64,000 nucleotides of DNA, taken from assembly GCA_041653635.1 (NCBI GenBank), contig JBAZFC010000001.1, forward strand, positions 433,723 through 497,722, given 5' to 3'. The translations under genes were made by a program, and so were the position numbers. Source of the DNA: Candidatus Micrarchaeia archaeon. GTDB taxonomy: Archaea > Micrarchaeota > Micrarchaeia > Anstonellales > Bilamarchaeaceae. Positions 57,058-64,000 of the stretch are shown here, one piece after another; position 1 is the first letter of the stretch, and each line of letters opens with the position of its first letter. The notes under the pieces are model-generated. The model saw only the letters and a program-made list of their open reading frames with translations. It did not search any database and had not been told where the DNA came from.

Positions 57058-57432
57058 CTATTCCGGGCCCATCCTGAACACTACCGGAACCGGGAAGGGC
57101 GCCATCACGTTCTTGTGCAGCACGATTGCATTCTCCCCGGGAATGCAGGTGTTCGCCTCCAGCGTGTCCATCCCAATGCACAGACCCGTAAGTTCCGTTA
57201 TCTCCTCCGCGCCCTCGTGCATCTTCCCCTCGTCTATCCCGAACGTCCCGCCCATCCACTCATCATGCGAAGACGGCTGGAGCCCTCCCTTGAGCCAGAT
57301 TACCCTCCACGCGTCCTCGGCCAATTCATATTGGTAGAGCGAGGAATGCTGGACCGGCTGGTGCAGTAGCCCGAATGAGGAAAAGGAGAGCAGCACCACC
57401 AGCGCGATGAGCGCCTCCACGGTCTTCAGCAT
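57058..57432 (-). CDS. pilin-like membrane-anchored protein
   Basis: N-terminal TVEALIALVVLL helix resembling archaeal class III (pilin) N-termini. Confidence 0.55.
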   Translation of the reverse strand: MLKTVEALIALVVLLSFSSFGLLHQPVQHSSLYQYELAEDAWRVIWLKGGLQPSSHDEWMGGTFGIDEGKMHEGAEEITELTGLCIGMDTLEANTCIPGENAIVLHKNVMAPFPVPVVFRMGPE

Positions 57433-57441
57433 GCATGCGTC

Positions 57442-57514
57442 TTTTCCAAGAAACCTATTTAATTACTATTTGAGTAATCCCCCCGATGCTTCTTACCGAG
57501 AAATACGCCCCTCA
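57442..57514 (+). pseudogene. duplicated upstream region plus first 9 codons of rfcL
   Basis: AGTAATCCCCCCGATGCTTCTTACCGAGAAATACGCCCCTCA versus AGTAATTCCTGCGATGCTTCTAACCGAGAAATACGCCCCTCA at the real rfcL start. Confidence 0.8.
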
Positions 57515-57609
57515 CCCAAAAACGCGGGGAGGGCACTCCCCCCATTTTTAGGGTTCATTCTGACCCCCTCCCACTTCACTTTGAAACCCTTTGCCCGCAC
57601 TCCTTACGC
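57515..57609 (+). repeat. dispersed hairpin repeat, copy D
   Basis: CCCAAAAACGCGGGGAGGG-CACT-CCCCCCATTTTTAGGG...CCCCTCCCACTTCACTTTGAAACCCTTTGCCCGCACTCCTTACGC. Confidence 0.8.
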
Positions 57610-57656
57610 ACGCGGTTTTCCTTAATCTTATAAATTGTCTTTCAGTAATTCCTGCG

Positions 57657-59090
57657 ATGCTTCTAACCGAGAAATACGCCCCTCAAAAAATTGAGGAAAT
57701 ACCCGGCAACACCGAGCTTAAGCAGAAGCTCAGGCGCTGGGCCCTCAACTGGGGAAGGGGCGAGCCGGGCAAGCCAATCCTGCTCACCGGCCCCACGGGC
57801 ACAGGCAAAACTGCTCTTGCCGTAGCCCTTGCCACGGAAATGGGGCTTGAGCTTGTGCAGATGGGCGCGAGCGAGCTGCGCAACAGGGAACGTGTGGAAA
57901 AAATAATGCATGGGGCGATGATGGCGTCCACCCTCTCCGGGAAAGGCAAGCTGGTTCTAATAGACGACGTTGATGCGATGTCCGGAAGGGAGGACTCGGG
58001 TGGCGTCTCCTCCATAGCGTCCGTCCTCCGCTCCCCAGCCCAGCCGATAATACTCACCGCAACCAACGCATGGGAAAAGAAGATATCCTCCCTCCGCTTC
58101 CTCTGCGACATCCTCACGCTCAAGAGGGCGATAGCCCCATCCATTGCGCGCATCCTCTCCCGCATCGCGGAGAAGGAGAGGATAGAGTGCCCGGTAGAAA
58201 AAATAGAAGGAATATCCGAGAACGCCAACGGTGACATACGAGGCGCGATAAACGACCTGCAGGCCTGCTCCCCAGGAATGCGCGACCGCGAGAAGGACAT
58301 GTTCGCGAGGATGTCCGCGCTCTACCGCTCCTCCACCTATTCCGAGGCGAGGGCGGCGGGCTTCGGGGATGTTGAGCACGACTACTTCAAGCTCTGGATA
58401 GACGAAAACCTGCCTGCTGTCTTTTCCGGAAGCGAGTTGGCGGACGCCTACTCCTCCCTTTCAAGGGCGGACATCTTTGACGGCAGGATACATTCCCGCC
58501 AGTACTGGGGCTTCCTCCGCTACTCCGGGGATTTGATGTGCGCAGGCACCGCTCTCGCTCACCCCGGCGCGGGCCAGAGGTTCATACGCTTCTCCTTCCC
58601 TTCCTACCTGCGCCAGATGTCCGCGACCACCGCCACGCGCGCAATCCTCCGTTCCCTCCGCTCCAAGGCGGGCAGGAGGCTGCACACCTCAGGCAAGGAG
58701 GCGGAAGGATCCCTCCCCATCCTCGCATTCATGCACGCGAACAGCCCCGCCGAGGTTGAATCCTTCTACGGGCTTGATGAAAAGGAGGTAGAGCTTCTCT
58801 CCTCCATGCTCCCGAAGGGAGTGCATGTGGTGAAGCCGGAGAAGAAAGAGGAGAAAAAGAAGGGCAAAAAAGAGGCAGATGGGAAGGAGAGCAAAGCCGC
58901 ACCGGAAGGAGCAAGCGAAACCGGGAAGGCAAGCCCCCCTGTCCGCGCGGCTGAGAAGGAAGTGAAGCGCGAGGAGAAAAAGGAGAAGGGAGTTCCCGGG
59001 AAGGAATCCGGTGAATCCACGAAGAAGGACCTCCTCCCCCCTAAGAGGCAGCCGCCGGCCCGCCATTCCAAGCTCAGCGAGTTCTTCTAG
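57657..59090 (+). CDS. rfcL: replication factor C large subunit
   Basis: EKYAP, GPTGTGKT, LIDDVD, GDIRGAINDLQ, WIDEN, C-terminal PIP-like KLSEFF. Confidence 0.94.
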   Translation: MLLTEKYAPQKIEEIPGNTELKQKLRRWALNWGRGEPGKPILLTGPTGTGKTALAVALATEMGLELVQMGASELRNRERVEKIMHGAMMASTLSGKGKLVLIDDVDAMSGREDSGGVSSIASVLRSPAQPIILTATNAWEKKISSLRFLCDILTLKRAIAPSIARILSRIAEKERIECPVEKIEGISENANGDIRGAINDLQACSPGMRDREKDMFARMSALYRSSTYSEARAAGFGDVEHDYFKLWIDENLPAVFSGSELADAYSSLSRADIFDGRIHSRQYWGFLRYSGDLMCAGTALAHPGAGQRFIRFSFPSYLRQMSATTATRAILRSLRSKAGRRLHTSGKEAEGSLPILAFMHANSPAEVESFYGLDEKEVELLSSMLPKGVHVVKPEKKEEKKKGKKEADGKESKAAPEGASETGKASPPVRAAEKEVKREEKKEKGVPGKESGESTKKDLLPPKRQPPARHSKLSEFF

Positions 59091-59172
59091 AGAAAACGCG
59101 GAGGGAGCGCCCTCCCCATTTTCTTCTATCTTTCTGCCCCTCCCCACCTCCGCTTGGAAACGCTTTGCACTG
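59088..59172 (+). repeat. dispersed hairpin repeat, copy E (degenerate, at rfcL stop)
   Basis: AGAAAACGCGGAGGG-AGCG-CCCTCCCCATTTTCT...CCCCTCCCCACCTCCGCTTGGAAACGCTTTGCAC; most similar to copy D. Confidence 0.7.
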
Positions 59173-59301
59173 CTTTATCCATCTCCCCCGTCGTGAGCTC
59201 TTTTGTCCGAACGCGTAGGAAAACCTCCACGTCGGTCTCGACGATAGCTTTATATTTCTTGTCTTCCGAATAGGCTCAGTATAAATTTAAGGGTGTAAGA
59301 C

Positions 59302-59517
59302 ATGGGATCCAAAATAGGAACAGAGAAAATAATGAGGGAGGACGGGTACCTCTACTTCGTCGGCAAGGACGGCTACGTCTGGAGAGTGCCGATGAAGCAC
59401 AACAAGAGGGGCTCCAAGAAGAAGGTCGGGACCCAGAGGGTCGACAAGAAGAAGGGCCACCTTTACTATGTCGGCGACGATGGGTACGTGTACCAGGCCA
59501 AAATGAAGAACGCCTGA
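59302..59517 (+). CDS. small basic protein with two internal repeats
   Basis: KIGTEKIMREDGYLYFVGKDGYVWRVPMK versus KVGTQRVDKKKGHLYYVGDDGYVYQAKMK; U-rich terminator follows. Confidence 0.8.
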   Translation: MGSKIGTEKIMREDGYLYFVGKDGYVWRVPMKHNKRGSKKKVGTQRVDKKKGHLYYVGDDGYVYQAKMKNA

Positions 59518-59578
59518 GTTCACTACTCCCTTTTTATTTTTTCCTCCTTATTTTATTCTCACATTATAGGTGGTTTAA

Positions 59579-59962
59579 TTGAAATTAGTGATATCTGACA
59601 AAAAGACAGGCAAGTCGTATTCCGTTGAGGTCGCCGAGGACAAGCGCTCCCTCTTCGCAGGGAAGAGGATGGGCGACACGGTCCAGGGCGACGACTTCGG
59701 GCTGTTCGGCTACACGCTGAAGCTAAGCGGCGGCAGCGACACGAGCGGCATCCCCATGAGGCGCGACATTTCCGGCTCAAGGAAGATGAAGGTCCTCCTC
59801 TCCGGAGGGCAGGGGTTCAACCCTACGCGCAGGGGGATGAGGAAGAAGAAGATGGTGCGCGGCAGCCTTTTCGGCGCGGACAACGCGCAGGTCAATGCGG
59901 TCATAGAAACATACGGCCAGGCTGCGCCCGACGAACTGTTCAAGAAGGAGGAAAAGAAGTGA
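59579..59962 (+). CDS. rps6e: 30S ribosomal protein eS6
   Basis: KLVISD.KTG, GGSD.SG.PM, G.RKKK.VRG; precedes aIF2-gamma. Confidence 0.94.
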   Translation: MKLVISDKKTGKSYSVEVAEDKRSLFAGKRMGDTVQGDDFGLFGYTLKLSGGSDTSGIPMRRDISGSRKMKVLLSGGQGFNPTRRGMRKKKMVRGSLFGADNAQVNAVIETYGQAAPDELFKKEEKK

Positions 59963-61158
59963 CCGGCTCCCCGCAGGCGGTAGTCAACATCGGCCTCCTG
60001 GGCCACGTGGACCACGGAAAGACCAGCCTCACCAAGGCGCTCACCGGCAAATGGACCGACACGCACAGCGAGGAGGTGAAGCGCGGGATATCCATCCGCC
60101 TCGGTTATGCGGACACCAACATCTATTTCTGCCCGAAATGCAATCTGCACACATTGAAGGACAAGTGCCCGAACTGCGGCGGGAAAACAGACATAAAGAG
60201 GCGCGTCTCTTTCCTTGATGCGCCGGGCCACGAGACGCTGATGACCATCGTCCTGTCCGCGTCCAGCATAATGGACGGCGCGCTTTTGCTCATCGCCGCG
60301 AACGAGCCCTGCCCGCAGCCGCAGACCGCGGAGCACCTCATGATACTCAACATAGCGGGCATAAAGAACGTCGTGGTGGTGCAGACCAAGATAGACCTCG
60401 TGACGAAAGAGCAGGCGAAGGCGCACTACGAATCCATAAGGAATTTCCTGAAGGGCTCGGTCGCGGAGAACGCGCCCATAATCCCGGTCGTTTCCAACTA
60501 TGGGATAAACGTGGATGCGGTCGCGGACGCCATAGAGCGCTCAATCCCAACGCCGCACCGGGATTCCTCTTTGCCGCCCGTGATGTTCATCTCGCGCTCA
60601 TTTGACATAAACAAGCCGGGCACCCCGATTCCGAACCTCAAAGGCGGGGTGGTGGGCGGCTCCCTGGTGCAGGGAACAATCAAGAAGGGAGACACGGTGC
60701 TCATACGCCCGGGCTTTGAGACCTCAAAAAAAGTGGTGAAGGAAGTGCAGGTGAAGGTGGAGAGCCTCATGTCCGAGGGCGGCCCGCTTGAATCCGCTGC
60801 TCCCGGAGGCCTGATTGCGGTCGGCACTTCGCTGGACCCGAACGTCGCGAAGGCGGACTCGCTCGTGGGCTGCCTTCTGGGGAAGCCGGGTTCGCTTCCC
60901 GATGCCAAGGCGGAGATTATTTTTGACCACCACCTCATCCAGAGGGAGGGCTTTGACAACCCACCCCTAAAGATGGGCGAGCCCATAGTCATAAACGTGG
61001 GCACCGCCACGGGCATAGGCGTGATTGCAGCGATAAAGAAGGGGCAGGTTCTCGCGAAGCTCAAGAAGCCGGTATGCGTGGTGAAGGGCTCCACGGTTGC
61101 GATGAGCAGGCGCGTGGGGCAGAGATGGCGGCTGGCGGGATGGGGCAAGTCCCTCTAA
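59959..61158 (+). CDS. eif2g: translation initiation factor aIF2 gamma
   Basis: GHVDHGKT, RGISIRLGY, Zn knuckle, DAPGHE, QTAEH, WRLAGWG. Confidence 0.96.
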   Translation: MTGSPQAVVNIGLLGHVDHGKTSLTKALTGKWTDTHSEEVKRGISIRLGYADTNIYFCPKCNLHTLKDKCPNCGGKTDIKRRVSFLDAPGHETLMTIVLSASSIMDGALLLIAANEPCPQPQTAEHLMILNIAGIKNVVVVQTKIDLVTKEQAKAHYESIRNFLKGSVAENAPIIPVVSNYGINVDAVADAIERSIPTPHRDSSLPPVMFISRSFDINKPGTPIPNLKGGVVGGSLVQGTIKKGDTVLIRPGFETSKKVVKEVQVKVESLMSEGGPLESAAPGGLIAVGTSLDPNVAKADSLVGCLLGKPGSLPDAKAEIIFDHHLIQREGFDNPPLKMGEPIVINVGTATGIGVIAAIKKGQVLAKLKKPVCVVKGSTVAMSRRVGQRWRLAGWGKSL

Positions 61159-61577
61159 TCCGCGCAGAAGTACAATTTCGCTATATTCTCGTTGTATACT
61201 ACTAATCTGTAGATGCAATTCCTCCCATCCGCATCCCATCCAATCTCAAGGTTTTCCAGCCCCATTTCCTGTTCCAGAGCTGCAACATCCACTGCGCCCA
61301 ATTCCCCTCCGTCAATAAGATTTGGATAATAGCTCGCCGAGAAACCGAAGCCCCCGTTCTTTTCCACGCCCGCATATTCCACCACATAATCCGATACGGC
61401 CAGCAATCTCCCTTCTTTAGTAAGCAAATTTATGTCCGATTCCGCCTTGTGCTCCGCAAGCGCAGAGAAGACGAGGATGTTGCCCAGCATAAGTATGACT
61501 GGGATGGTTGCGAAAAGCAAATCAAAGGTCGCAACACCCGACCGCTTTTTCAGCAGCCCTTCAAACAGGTTCCCCAT
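61155..61577 (-). CDS. pilin-like protein (class III signal peptide)
   Basis: KKRSG followed by VATFDLLFATIPVILML hydrophobic helix. Confidence 0.6.
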   Translation of the reverse strand: MGNLFEGLLKKRSGVATFDLLFATIPVILMLGNILVFSALAEHKAESDINLLTKEGRLLAVSDYVVEYAGVEKNGGFGFSASYYPNLIDGGELGAVDVAALEQEMGLENLEIGWDADGRNCIYRLVVYNENIAKLYFCAD

Positions 61578-61896
61578 CCACTCCCCCGCATCCCATAATT
61601 ATTATTCCTGACGATTCGCCCACGCTCACCCGTTCCCCTGAAACCCTGTGCGCGAGCGGAAGGTCCGCACTCACCATCCCTGCCCAGCACCCCGCGCCCA
61701 TCGCGAATGAGGATTCCTCCGCAAGAACCCTGTCCGCGGCGGCATCGCCCATTCCCCTCTCGCCGGATTCCAGCACCCTCACCCCGGCAACTATTACGCC
61801 GACCAGCACGAGGAATGCTGCAAACGCAAGGAGGAATTCAGCCGCAACTTGTCCTTTTCTGCATCCAGCACCCCGCACCCGGCATCTCGCATTCAT
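61561..61896 (-). CDS. pilin-like protein (class III signal peptide)
   Basis: Canonical RKG/QVAAEF prepilin peptidase motif with Glu+5. Confidence 0.75.
   Translation of the reverse strand: MNARCRVRGAGCRKGQVAAEFLLAFAAFLVLVGVIVAGVRVLESGERGMGDAAADRVLAEESSFAMGAGCWAGMVSADLPLAHRVSGERVSVGESSGIIIMGCGGVDGEPV
61861..61895 (+). repeat. five degenerate 7-bp tandem repeats
   Basis: GCATCCA GCACCCC GCACCCG GCATCTC GCATTCA. Confidence 0.65.
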
Positions 61897-62513
61897 CTTA
61901 TTACCTCGCTCGTGGGGAAAACCGAAACCCCGGCCACATCATATTTTGATGAATAAACGGAAATCCCGACCGCCCCCTCAAGCATCGGGTTCGGCGGCTC
62001 CGGCCCCTTCAGCAATATGGAGTCCTCCATCCCGGTTCCGTATGGAACCTTCTGCGTTATCTGCATGAAAGGGGCGCAAGCAGGGCTCGCTATCGGCTGG
62101 CATGCTGTACACATCCTGAACCCTCCCGCCTCCCTCATCCTTTTCGGAAGCGCATCCAGCTCGGCCCCGTTCGTATAGCCGCACCAAACCTGCACTTCGT
62201 AATCCTCGTCCCACAAATCCATTCCAAGCTGCGCCAGCGACGCATACGCCGCAGCCCTTATGGCCGCCTCCCTTTCCTGCGGCACCCGCATTTCCGGAGG
62301 CACCAGGGCATCGTAAGCTACCGCCCCATCGTGCATCCCATAAGAGGCCGCTTGCAATATGTTCTCCTTCACGTTCCTCTCTATGTGCTCCATCCGCATT
62401 ACGCTTATCGCCTTCTCGTTTGAATAGTAATGCGGCTCGGCTAGAAGAGCCGCGGCTGCAACGAACAGCCCCAGCGCGGCGAGCACAATCAGGAAAGAAA
62501 TGTAGCCCCTCAC
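61893..62513 (-). CDS. pilin-like protein (class III signal peptide)
   Basis: MRG followed by YISFLIVLAALGLF; CxxC-containing extracellular part. Confidence 0.6.
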   Translation of the reverse strand: MRGYISFLIVLAALGLFVAAAALLAEPHYYSNEKAISVMRMEHIERNVKENILQAASYGMHDGAVAYDALVPPEMRVPQEREAAIRAAAYASLAQLGMDLWDEDYEVQVWCGYTNGAELDALPKRMREAGGFRMCTACQPIASPACAPFMQITQKVPYGTGMEDSILLKGPEPPNPMLEGAVGISVYSSKYDVAGVSVFPTSEVIR

Positions 62514-62564
62514 AGTAGAATTCCTGCAGAGAAGATAAAATACCTATCGTGCATCCCTAATCCG

Positions 62565-63518
62565 ATGAGGGTTCGCCAGATAGACGCCTTCCGCGGCTTT
62601 GCAATCGTGCTGATGGTCTTCTTCACTCTCTACGCATTGCTCAGTAACGGGCCCGACTTCCTGCTGCACAACAAGCCCGATTCGCTGCACGCGGGCGATT
62701 TCGTGCTTCCCCTCTTCATTTTCGCAAGCGGCATGTCCCTTTTCTTCTTCACCCAGAAGCGGAAAAGCCGCCCGGCAAAGTATGTACTGGATTCAATGGA
62801 ACGCTTCTGGAAGCTCGTGCTCATCTCGTTCTTCCTGATGCTTCTCTTGGGCGCCGCACCCTTCACGATGGACGAGCTGATGCTCATAGCCCTCCTCTCG
62901 CTGCCCACCATCGTCCTCGCCCTCTTTCCGGAAATTTTCATCTATGCGGGCATCCTCCTTCCGCCCGCGCTTTACCTCATCCTTCTTTACACCGGCTCCC
63001 TCCCAAATTTCAACGCCGCATACCTCGGCGGCTATCCTGCTGCAATCTTCTACCTTCCGGTGATGCTCTTCGGCTTCCTTGCTGGGAAATCGGTATCAGA
63101 GAAAAAGAGCCTCCTCCCCCTATTTGCATCCATGCTCGTTCTAACAGCCCTCCTTCTTTTCCTTGTACCGCCCTACAAAATGGAGGCGTCCCCCTCTTTC
63201 ATGGCGCTCGCCTCCCTTCTCTCCCTAATCCTTTACATCTGCGTTGAGCGCATAATCAGCATCCCATCCTTCCAATCAGTCCCAGTACTTTTTTTCGAAT
63301 ACCTCGGCAGGAACCCGATAAGGTATTGGGTGCTGATGTTCCTCCTCTTCATAATCCCGGTAAGATTCTACCTATTTGCAGGGGGGCAGCACACCGCCGG
63401 GCTTGAGCCGGCGCAGGCAGTGTTGGTGTCCCTGGCATTTTCCATAATCCTATTCCTGGTTTCAAAACTGATGGATTGGATTATTTGGTTTCGCAGAAAG
63501 AGTGTTCAAAAAAACTAA
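62565..63518 (+). CDS. membrane acyltransferase-like protein (heparan-alpha-glucosaminide N-acetyltransferase/DUF1624-like)
   Basis: R..IDAFRG.AI.LM, D.V.P.FIF.SGMS, many TM helices, LGRNP. Confidence 0.8.
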   Translation: MRVRQIDAFRGFAIVLMVFFTLYALLSNGPDFLLHNKPDSLHAGDFVLPLFIFASGMSLFFFTQKRKSRPAKYVLDSMERFWKLVLISFFLMLLLGAAPFTMDELMLIALLSLPTIVLALFPEIFIYAGILLPPALYLILLYTGSLPNFNAAYLGGYPAAIFYLPVMLFGFLAGKSVSEKKSLLPLFASMLVLTALLLFLVPPYKMEASPSFMALASLLSLILYICVERIISIPSFQSVPVLFFEYLGRNPIRYWVLMFLLFIIPVRFYLFAGGQHTAGLEPAQAVLVSLAFSIILFLVSKLMDWIIWFRRKSVQKN

Positions 63519-63528
63519 AACATAAGAT

Positions 63529-63550
63529 GGCGGGAGCCTAAGCCCCCGCC
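63529..63550 (-). terminator. hairpin terminator between convergent genes
   Basis: GGCGGGAGC-CTAA-GCCCCCGCC followed on - by TTTTAGTTTTTTT. Confidence 0.55.
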
Positions 63551-63561
63551 TTCTGCAATAT

Positions 63562-63927
63562 TCAGAGGGTGCCGCCGCCACCGATGCTGCCGCATGCGTT
63601 CGTGACCGTCACGCTCGTCATCGCATCCAGCACTGGGGGGACGAGCACCAGGATTATGATGCCGATAACGGCACCGATAATCATTGAGGTTGCCCAGACC
63701 GAGGCCCTTGCCCTGGTCTCCGCACCCATGACCTGGCCCGCCGCATACACGACCGCCGCAAGCACGATGAGCACGAATATGACCGCGCCCAAGACCGTGT
63801 TAACGGTTGTGTAAAGCTGGCAGATGCCCGCCTTTATGTCAGACCCTGCGCTAGTCGTCGCGAATCCAACGCTTGAAAGGACCAACGCAACCAGCATCAG
63901 CCCACTAACCATCTTTGTCGCATTCAT
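63562..63927 (-). CDS. TrbC/VirB2-like pilin
   Basis: Signal peptide, then two hydrophobic helices separated by AGQVMGAETRARASVWA; paired Cys. Confidence 0.75.
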   Translation of the reverse strand: MNATKMVSGLMLVALVLSSVGFATTSAGSDIKAGICQLYTTVNTVLGAVIFVLIVLAAVVYAAGQVMGAETRARASVWATSMIIGAVIGIIILVLVPPVLDAMTSVTVTNACGSIGGGGTL

Positions 63928-64000
63928 ATTCTGACCTCTTTGCTTTCTTATAGTTCCTAGTAATGTTTTTAATAACATGTGTGCCGGAAGACGCCTATGT

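Noticed and set aside
42782..59172. CRISPR array or classical IS/MITE explanation for the repeats
   Set aside because: Copies are kilobases apart with no spacer periodicity and no cas genes; no terminal inverted repeats or transposase seen

Overview
Gene-dense archaeal chromosome segment, GC-rich and mostly housekeeping. It holds TrpRS, proteasome alpha/beta, aCPSF1/FttA, Lhr, RNase Z, SepF, Orc1/Cdc6, ADP-forming acetate-CoA ligase, fibrillarin, Nop5, CarAB, TBP, Rpo4/Rpo7/Spt4, SRP54, RFC-L, aIF2-gamma and ribosomal proteins eL21, eS6 and eS26. Three tRNAs are present: Arg-TCG with a BHB intron, Lys-TTT and Leu-CAG. Gene content (VirB2-like pilin, class III signal-peptide proteins, Cys-rich lipoproteins, eS26) suggests a DPANN, probably Micrarchaeota-like, lineage; this is inference only. 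No CRISPR array, transposase or integrase was seen. The most notable signals are not in the ORF track. (1) A free-standing ~170-nt box C/D RNA just behind carA: its two guides predict Cm34 and Cm39 of tRNA-Trp, as the euryarchaeal tRNA-Trp intron does, and it carries an extra ~105-nt structured insert. (2) A Nop5 whose N-terminus is a GAR/RGG tract. (3) A dispersed ~95-bp hairpin repeat in five co-oriented copies: one in-frame inside trmJ, one supplying a stop codon, and two bracketing rfcL next to a duplicated rfcL 5' end. (4) A PPR-like helical-repeat protein. All protein calls come from motif recognition by eye; no database search was run.
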